14,418 bases of DNA, taken from NCBI GenBank assembly GCA_018238625.1, contig JABCSY010000101.1, forward strand, positions 1 through 14,418, written 5' to 3'. The DNA is from Promethearchaeota archaeon (GTDB lineage: Archaea > Asgardarchaeota > Lokiarchaeia > Sigyniarchaeales > SOKP01). Positions 9,718 through 14,418 of the stretch are shown here, piece by piece. Positions within the stretch are counted from its first letter, which is position 1; every line of letters starts with the position of its first letter. The position numbers and the translations under genes were made by a program. The notes beneath the pieces were generated by a model that saw only the letters and a list, made by a program, of their open reading frames with translations, was not told the origin of the DNA and did no database searches.

Positions 9718-9782
9718 TAATAGCAGTGCATCCGAAGTATTATGTACTAGATTTAATTTAAATAAGTAGCAGAAAAAACTAA

Positions 9783-9800
9783 TAAAGCAAAATTTAAATA
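9783..9800 (+). promoter_or_regulatory. Putative archaeal BRE/TATA promoter of the first DUF6516-like operon
   Basis: Purine-rich AAAGCAAAA followed by TTTAAATA (9793-9800), 30 nt upstream of the ATG at 9831. The AT-rich background lowers specificity. Confidence 0.4.
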
Positions 9801-9830
9801 AGAAAAAGTTCGTTAAGATAATGAAGAAAA

Positions 9831-10061
9831 ATGAAAGTATATATAGACAGAGATGTAGCTGAGGATTTAGTTAACTACAAATTAAGAAATATTCAGGAAA
9901 ATATAAATAAAATATTAAAAAGATGGGATGAAACCGAAGCTTCAATATTTTTAGAAAAAGCAAAGAATGGAACTTATTCCGAAGCAGAAAACGATGCTAT
10001 TGATCTCAAACAATTATTACTTGACGAAAAACAATTAAATGAGTTAATTAATTCATTTTAG
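9831..10061 (+). CDS. Small helical protein, putative antitoxin of the downstream DUF6516/TumE-like protein
   Basis: 76 aa. Aligns without gaps to 13162-13404 (about 28/75 identities by hand; shared KL..I..IL..W, FL..AK.GT.SEAE.DAI). Same position in both operons. Confidence 0.7.
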   Translation: MKVYIDRDVAEDLVNYKLRNIQENINKILKRWDETEASIFLEKAKNGTYSEAENDAIDLKQLLLDEKQLNELINSF

Positions 10062-10073
10062 AGGCTTCAATTT

Positions 10074-10439
10074 TTGAGAGGATTCGATAAATTAATAACT
10101 GCTCGTAAAATTCTCCTTAATGTTTTATTTTCAGAAATAAAAAGTGAGTTTATTGATGATGAACGCCCATTTTTAAAAATTACTTTTTTTAAAGCATTAG
10201 TTCTTTATATTCGTTATAATGATTATGGTGAATACTCTTATCAATTAATTTACTCACAAGAACCTCTTGATAGAATTCGCTATGATAATTTTGATGATAC
10301 GTGGAATGTTAAATCTAAACCTCATCATTTTCATCCAAGATATGAGAGAATTGCTAATCAAAGTCCGATGAATGGCGATCCTGAACACGATATTCCAATT
10401 CTCTTAAAAGAATTTATCGAGAAAGAATTTAAAAAATAG
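10074..10439 (+). CDS. DUF6516/TumE-like putative toxin
   Basis: 121 aa, TTG start after GAGG. Contains YSYQ, RYDN and PHHFH, the pattern I recall for DUF6516. Its TAG stop is the first three bases of repeat copy 2. Confidence 0.72.
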   Translation: MRGFDKLITARKILLNVLFSEIKSEFIDDERPFLKITFFKALVLYIRYNDYGEYSYQLIYSQEPLDRIRYDNFDDTWNVKSKPHHFHPRYERIANQSPMNGDPEHDIPILLKEFIEKEFKK

Positions 10440-10513
10440 TTTTTATGGGGGCAGAAGGCGTGCGCGCAGGGATAAACGCTTGTAAATACCTACAGAAAAC
10501 AAAGAAAGAATAG
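10437..10513 (+). repeat. Direct repeat copy 2: shorter, degenerate trxB 3' end
   Basis: tagtttttatgggggcagaaggcgtgcgcgcagggataaacgcttgtaaatacctacagaaaacaaagaaagaatag. Eight substitutions and no indels versus 9634-9710. Confidence 0.92.
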
Positions 10514-10555
10514 ATAAATTCTATTTTTTAACCTTCATTCAATACGAAGATAACC

Positions 10556-10957
10556 CTAAAAATTAATTTTTTTAACTTTAAGATTATCTATATCATTAAA
10601 GTGAGTCTCTGTAGTATAGATAAATATTTTCCTAGTTAGAGCTTCAGCAATTATAATTGCATCTACCGTTGAGAGAAATTTATATTTACATTTAAGTTCT
10701 CCAGCCAATATTGATATATTCTCGCCAACGGGAACAAAATCAATGATGTCTCCTTTCCGTAGATTTTCCATTATAATTTGAGCGTTAATTTTTCCTTTTT
10801 CTCTGCATAAATGATTGAAAAACTCAATATAATTCAATTCCGATGATATGAAACTGTATTTATTTTTCTTTTTAGTTTTGATCTCTTTAAGTATTTCTTC
10901 ATGATTACTTAGATACAAACTAATTACGCCTGTATCAATAAAAATTGTATTTTTCAT
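10556..10957 (-). CDS. vapC: PIN-domain ribonuclease (VapC toxin)
   Basis: 133 aa with IFIDTGV, SELNYIE, LSTVDAIIIA and YTTETHF (the last acidic residue is E rather than the usual D). Confidence 0.9.
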   Translation of the reverse strand: MKNTIFIDTGVISLYLSNHEEILKEIKTKKKNKYSFISSELNYIEFFNHLCREKGKINAQIIMENLRKGDIIDFVPVGENISILAGELKCKYKFLSTVDAIIIAEALTRKIFIYTTETHFNDIDNLKVKKINF

Positions 10958-11220
10958 TAAAACTGCCTTTGGTATAGTTTTTCTTTCTCATTTTCTATCT
11001 CTTGTTTGCGTTCTTTAGAGAGTTCTTCAATGATTTTGATGCTTGTTTCCATATCTAATATTGATTGTAGTTTATTTTCTGAGAGGTATGGTAATATTTT
11101 TATTCCTTCTAAAGGGTGATCAATAATTATCACTTTATCTCCATCTTTCCATCCGTATTTTTTCCGCATTTCTGATGGAATTGTGATTCTTCCATGATTG
11201 CTAATATTAACTATTGTCAT
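10957..11220 (-). CDS. vapB: AbrB/MazE/SpoVT-family antitoxin (VapB)
   Basis: 87 aa with ISNHGRITIPSEMRKKYGWKDGDKV. Its stop overlaps the vapC start by 1 nt. Confidence 0.9.
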   Translation of the reverse strand: MTIVNISNHGRITIPSEMRKKYGWKDGDKVIIIDHPLEGIKILPYLSENKLQSILDMETSIKIIEELSKERKQEIENEKEKLYQRQF

Positions 11221-11259
11221 GTGTTACACATAGAAAGTAAAGAATTTAAGTTTGCTTAT

Positions 11260-11460
11260 AATTTTTTGGGTTTGCTTAGCATAATTCTTATTTTTTGGAC
11301 CACTTTTGGAAACAGAAATGTTATAATTATCTTGCTGTTGGTAACAATTCTCAGATCGGGTTGTGACACTTCAGCAAAAAAATCGTATGTTTTGCTTGTG
11401 GTACCGTTTTACCCATCCAAGACAAAAGCTTGTCCTAACTGTGGAATAAAAATAGAATAA
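11260..11460 (+). pseudogene. Remnant of a membrane protein with a C-terminal zinc ribbon
   Basis: Hydrophobic segments and C-terminal CPNCG lie in the listed ORF frame. The first knuckle (KIVCFACGTVL, 11379-11411) lies in a different frame. There is no credible start outside vapB, so the 5' boundary is approximate. Confidence 0.55.
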
Positions 11461-11558
11461 AGGAAATATAAATTAATAGTAATCAGATTATAATTAAAGA
11501 AAAGAAAAAAAAAAGCTGGATGATTATTTTAATTAACTTGATTAAATTTAGATTTTGA

Positions 11559-12569
11559 CTACGACAATATTTCAATTTTCCTCTTCCTTTTCAAAGTAAA
11601 ACTAATAGACAATCCAGAAAAGATTATAAATCCAAATAATAAAAACATTGGATAACCGGGAATTAATATTTGTAAATTTATAGTCTCTATATTAATAGAG
11701 AAAGGTTCGCTAAATCCATAGACTGCAGGATCGTAATAATCAGAAATCTTTATTAGATAATTCGTTCCACTAAGGTTCAAATAGGAAGGAATTGTCCAGT
11801 TGTATATCCCATCGTTAGGTTGATAGGAGGAAATGTTTGTTATTGGCGTTGATCCTTCAAAAAGTTCAATTCTCACATGTTCAATCTGTCCTTGAGAAAG
11901 CCATGTTATTGAAAAGGTATCTGAGTCGGACCATTCCGATAATGAATCAGGTTTGATCACTGTGAAAGTAGCATCCTCAATATAGGTCCATATGATCTGA
12001 GGGGCTTGCTCTTGCATCAAATAATCTTCACTTGAGTAAAAAGGTGCACTATTTTCAACAAAATTATCCATTTCCATGTAAACACATACTGAAAGGTTAG
12101 CTATTCCATCTACAACGCTGGAAATATCTAGCTTATAGACTCCGGGAGCATCGTTGTTATAGATGTAATATCCCAAGACTTGACCTTTTGAAGGAGCATT
12201 GTTCCAAGTGATGGTTTGTTCATCCCAACTCTCTTCAATCAAACATATAGTCAAATTAAGCTCGGGACCGGGAAAATCTTTTCCCCAAAAATGTAAAGAA
12301 AGTTCTACTTTTGAATAATTTGTAGGTTTATTAGTGAAGTTGAAATACAAATATGATTCAAGATAATTACCTACAATGTTATAACCCGCCTCGAGGTTAT
12401 CTTGCATGGAACCAATAGGGATGTCTGGGGTCCCTGAGCTAGTAATTGCGTCCTGTTCTGCGATACCTGAAACTGTAATCTCTCTATTAACCGCGTGAAT
12501 CGAGGGTATAAACATTAGCGGCGTCAATAAAAATATAGTACATAGTAAAAGTATTGATCTAGTTTTCAT
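11559..12569 (-). CDS. Secreted, C-terminally anchored surface protein: DNRLRE/CBM96-like domain, Kre9/Ser-Thr-rich-GPI-anchored-family Ig-like domain and Loki-CTERM-like tail
   Basis: N-terminal signal peptide. ESYLYFNF and SWDEQTITWNNAP (DNRLRE-like). VIKP...FSITW...VRIEL...NDGIYNWTIP...YLIKI...SEPFSI (Kre9-N-like). IPGY + TM helix + KRKRK. Confidence 0.75.
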   Translation of the reverse strand: MKTRSILLLCTIFLLTPLMFIPSIHAVNREITVSGIAEQDAITSSGTPDIPIGSMQDNLEAGYNIVGNYLESYLYFNFTNKPTNYSKVELSLHFWGKDFPGPELNLTICLIEESWDEQTITWNNAPSKGQVLGYYIYNNDAPGVYKLDISSVVDGIANLSVCVYMEMDNFVENSAPFYSSEDYLMQEQAPQIIWTYIEDATFTVIKPDSLSEWSDSDTFSITWLSQGQIEHVRIELFEGSTPITNISSYQPNDGIYNWTIPSYLNLSGTNYLIKISDYYDPAVYGFSEPFSINIETINLQILIPGYPMFLLFGFIIFSGLSISFTLKRKRKIEILS

Positions 12570-12923
12570 TATTATCTTTACCTTTTTTTTAATTATATTT
12601 CGCTAAATTTAATGGTTTTGAGATATATAAATTTAAAGTATTTAAAATAATCCTTTTGATTCATTTAAATTAATATGGTGAATTTGTATCAGAACAAATT
12701 TAAATAAAGAAGTATTGAGTATGTTCTGGAACTAAAACTTCTAAATGATATATTTGTAAGACCAGTTTTAAAATTTATTACAATATTTTTAAATAAATTG
12801 ATAAAAAATATCAGTAATCAATACCTATTGCAAAATCAGTAATTAAAAGAAACTTCAAGTCTAAGTACTCATTGTTCCTAAGGATGAATATACATTGTAT
12901 AAACAATTTGTGGTAATATGGGT

Positions 12924-13056
12924 ATTCAAGGAGTATATGCGGCTGGAGACGTAACTGAAGGTCTATTTCAAGTAGTTTTTGCTGCGGCAGAAGGTGCGCG
13001 TGCAGGGATAAACGCTTGTAAATACCTACGAAAAACAAAGAAAGAATAAAATTTCA
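12924..13056 (+). repeat. Direct repeat copy 3: displaced trxB 3' end (putative att junction)
   Basis: 133 bp, six substitutions versus 9585-9717, no indels. The last 61 bp are identical. Confidence 0.95.
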
Positions 13057-13161
13057 CCCATTTGTTATCTATATTAAATTTATTGTAATTCTATTAAGGA
13101 ATAATTTGAAAAAGCATTAGATATTTATAGGAAAAATTACACATTAAATGTGGAGATAATA

Positions 13162-13404
13162 ATGGCACGTGTATCGGTTGATGAGGAACTTTTAATGAGT
13201 TTACTTGATTTTAAATTAAACCATCTAAAAGAAGAGATAGATCGAATATTAAGTAAGTGGAATTATATGTCTTCTACTGAATTTTTAAAACACGCTAAAG
13301 ATGGAACACTCTCAGAAGCAGAAATGGATGCTATTGAAATGAAAAATCTCAATGACGAACGTGAACGATTGTTAGGAGAAAAAACGAGCTTTATTGTGGA
13401 ATAA
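13162..13404 (+). CDS. Small helical protein, putative antitoxin (paralog of 9831-10061)
   Basis: The ATG at 13162 is preceded by GGAG and is preferred over the GTG at 13150. TAATG coupling to the downstream gene. Confidence 0.72.
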   Translation: MARVSVDEELLMSLLDFKLNHLKEEIDRILSKWNYMSSTEFLKHAKDGTLSEAEMDAIEMKNLNDERERLLGEKTSFIVE

Positions 13405-13775
13405 TGTCTGCAATTTCTAAATTATTAGAAGCAAAAGCAATTTTCGAGCAACTTTTTGATAAGGAGATTAATAATTTGACTTTAAATTTAGATTCTAGGA
13501 AGCTCCATATCGTATTATCCGATGGTATTGAAATTTATATCATTTATAATAATCATGGTGAATACGGTTATAATATCCTATTTTCCAAGCTTGATCTAGA
13601 TAGATGTAGATTTGATAACTATGATGATCATTGGGATGTTGATTCTCGTCCGCACCATTTCCATCCAAGGAAAAAAACTGAAGTAGAATCAAGTAAAATG
13701 ACTGGAAATCCTAAAGATGACATTCCATATCTCAATAAAATCCTTAAGTCAGGTAAACTACATAAAACAGAATAA
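13404..13775 (+). CDS. DUF6516/TumE-like putative toxin (paralog of 10074-10439)
   Basis: 123 aa. YNNHGEYGY, LDRCRFDNYDD.W.V.SRPHHFHPR and S.M.G.P..DIP.L are shared with the first copy. Confidence 0.72.
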   Translation: MSAISKLLEAKAIFEQLFDKEINNLTLNLDSRKLHIVLSDGIEIYIIYNNHGEYGYNILFSKLDLDRCRFDNYDDHWDVDSRPHHFHPRKKTEVESSKMTGNPKDDIPYLNKILKSGKLHKTE

Positions 13776-13883
13776 TAATATTCCCGTAATAGTTAAACGT
13801 TAAAGAAAACAGATATATCTGATTTTATAAGAAATAATTGAAGTTATTTTTTTGGGACCGTTTTTAAAACTTTGGTAATACAG

Positions 13884-13925
13884 AGATATCATACAGATAT
13901 CATACCATATTATGTAATATCACGA
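13884..13925 (+). repeat. Short phased tandem repeats upstream of the recombinase
   Basis: AGATATCATAC x2 (13884-13905), then degenerate ATATTATGT and ATATCACGA. ATAT cores start at 13886, 13897, 13907 and 13917. Confidence 0.6.
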
Positions 13926-13941
13926 TGCTATTTCTTCTATT

Positions 13942-14418
13942 ATGGTTAATTATAAGGTTTCAGATTTTATCGAAGATTTTTTGATTTCAAAAGAAGTAGA
14001 AGAAGGGTGTGCGCCATCTACCATTAAAGCGTATCGGTACGATCTTGAAAAGTTTATTAACCTTGTAGAAGACGTTGACCTTGAATCGCCATTTTTAAGA
14101 CAGAAGATAAGGCTCTTTTTAAAAAAACTGAAAGATTTAGATTATTCAAAGAAGGGTATAAGTCGTAAAATCGCTTCGTTAAGGTCGTTTTTTAAGTTTT
14201 TAACTTTAAATGAATTTATTACTAAAAATCCTATGGCAACAATTAAATCCCCAAAGATCAAACTAGAAGAGAGTCTCCCTAAATTTCTGGATGTTTCTGA
14301 CATAGAAGTTATTTTTAACAAGCTGAAAGATCGAAGGCTATTTAATTCAAGAAAGAGCTTAAGATATTACTTAACTGTGAGGTTGTTATATTCTACTATG
14401 GCTCGTGTAAGCGAATTG
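13942..14418 (+). CDS. Tyrosine recombinase, XerC/XerD/XerA-like (N-terminal 159 codons, truncated by window end)
   Basis: Not in the ORF track; translated by hand: MVNYKVSDFIEDFLISKEVEEGCAPSTIKAYRYDLEKF...ISRKIASLRSFFKFL...KNPMATIKSPK...LPKFL...RLLYSTMARVSEL. This is a SAM-like core-binding domain plus box I with the catalytic Arg. Confidence 0.93.
   Translation, partial: MVNYKVSDFIEDFLISKEVEEGCAPSTIKAYRYDLEKFINLVEDVDLESPFLRQKIRLFLKKLKDLDYSKKGISRKIASLRSFFKFLTLNEFITKNPMATIKSPKIKLEESLPKFLDVSDIEVIFNKLKDRRLFNSRKSLRYYLTVRLLYSTMARVSEL

Larger units (their letters stand above)
9718..13056. mobile_element. Putative integrated island/cassette block (3.3 kb) bounded by trxB 3'-end direct repeats, with an internal degenerate copy
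   Basis: Flanked by 133-bp direct repeats. Cargo is TA modules, a gene remnant and a surface protein. It has no recombinase of its own, but a tyrosine recombinase starts about 0.9 kb downstream. Confidence 0.65.

Noticed and set aside
12911-12917. TGGTAAT upstream of copy 3 matching trxB 9548-9554
   Set aside because: Only 7 bp and would need an internal deletion of about 24 bp, so it is not enough to extend the repeat.
9663-13029. Three 28-bp identical repeats read as a CRISPR array
   Set aside because: Spacing is 0.8 and 2.5 kb with genes in between, the repeat derives from coding sequence, and there are no cas genes.
9517-13038. Near-identical minus-strand ORFs 9517-9699 and 12811-13038 (MFFVGIYKRLSLHA...)
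   Set aside because: Antisense shadows of the trxB 3'-end repeat. The substitutions are synonymous in the plus-strand trxB frame, which identifies that frame as the selected one.
13750-13778. End of the second toxin (ggtaaactacataaaacagaataa) faintly resembles the trxB end (tgtaaatacctacgaaaaacaaagaaagaataa)
   Set aside because: It needs two gaps in A-rich sequence and lacks the GC-rich core, so it cannot be distinguished from chance as a fourth copy.
13894-13921. CATA-ccatat-TATG as a chromosomal dif site beside the Xer-like gene
   Set aside because: The arms pair only with gaps and do not fit ATAA-N6-TTAT. Kept only as part of the phased-repeat observation.

Overview
AT-rich archaeal DNA, most likely from a Lokiarchaeia/Asgard genome. 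That assignment is an inference from an IPGY-TM-basic 'Loki-CTERM'-like tail, TATA-type promoters and gene content. The left 9.7 kb is metabolic: a FabK/nitronate-monooxygenase-like flavoprotein, a thiolase, an MNT-HEPN pair, a non-PFL glycyl radical enzyme, a decayed methyltransferase, a GPH/MFS transporter and a thioredoxin-reductase-like gene that lacks the NADPH-binding motifs. The right 4.7 kb is an accessory region with a clear architecture. The 3' end of the trxB-like gene occurs three times as direct repeats (9585-9717, 10437-10513, 12924-13056), and all three copies share an invariant 28-bp core. The repeats delimit small cargo blocks: a DUF6516/TumE-like TA pair; a VapBC pair plus a surface protein; and a second divergent DUF6516-like pair. 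A XerC/XerA-like tyrosine recombinase, absent from the supplied ORF track, follows and runs off the window end. This looks like a tandem cassette/island array anchored at the 3' end of a protein-coding gene.
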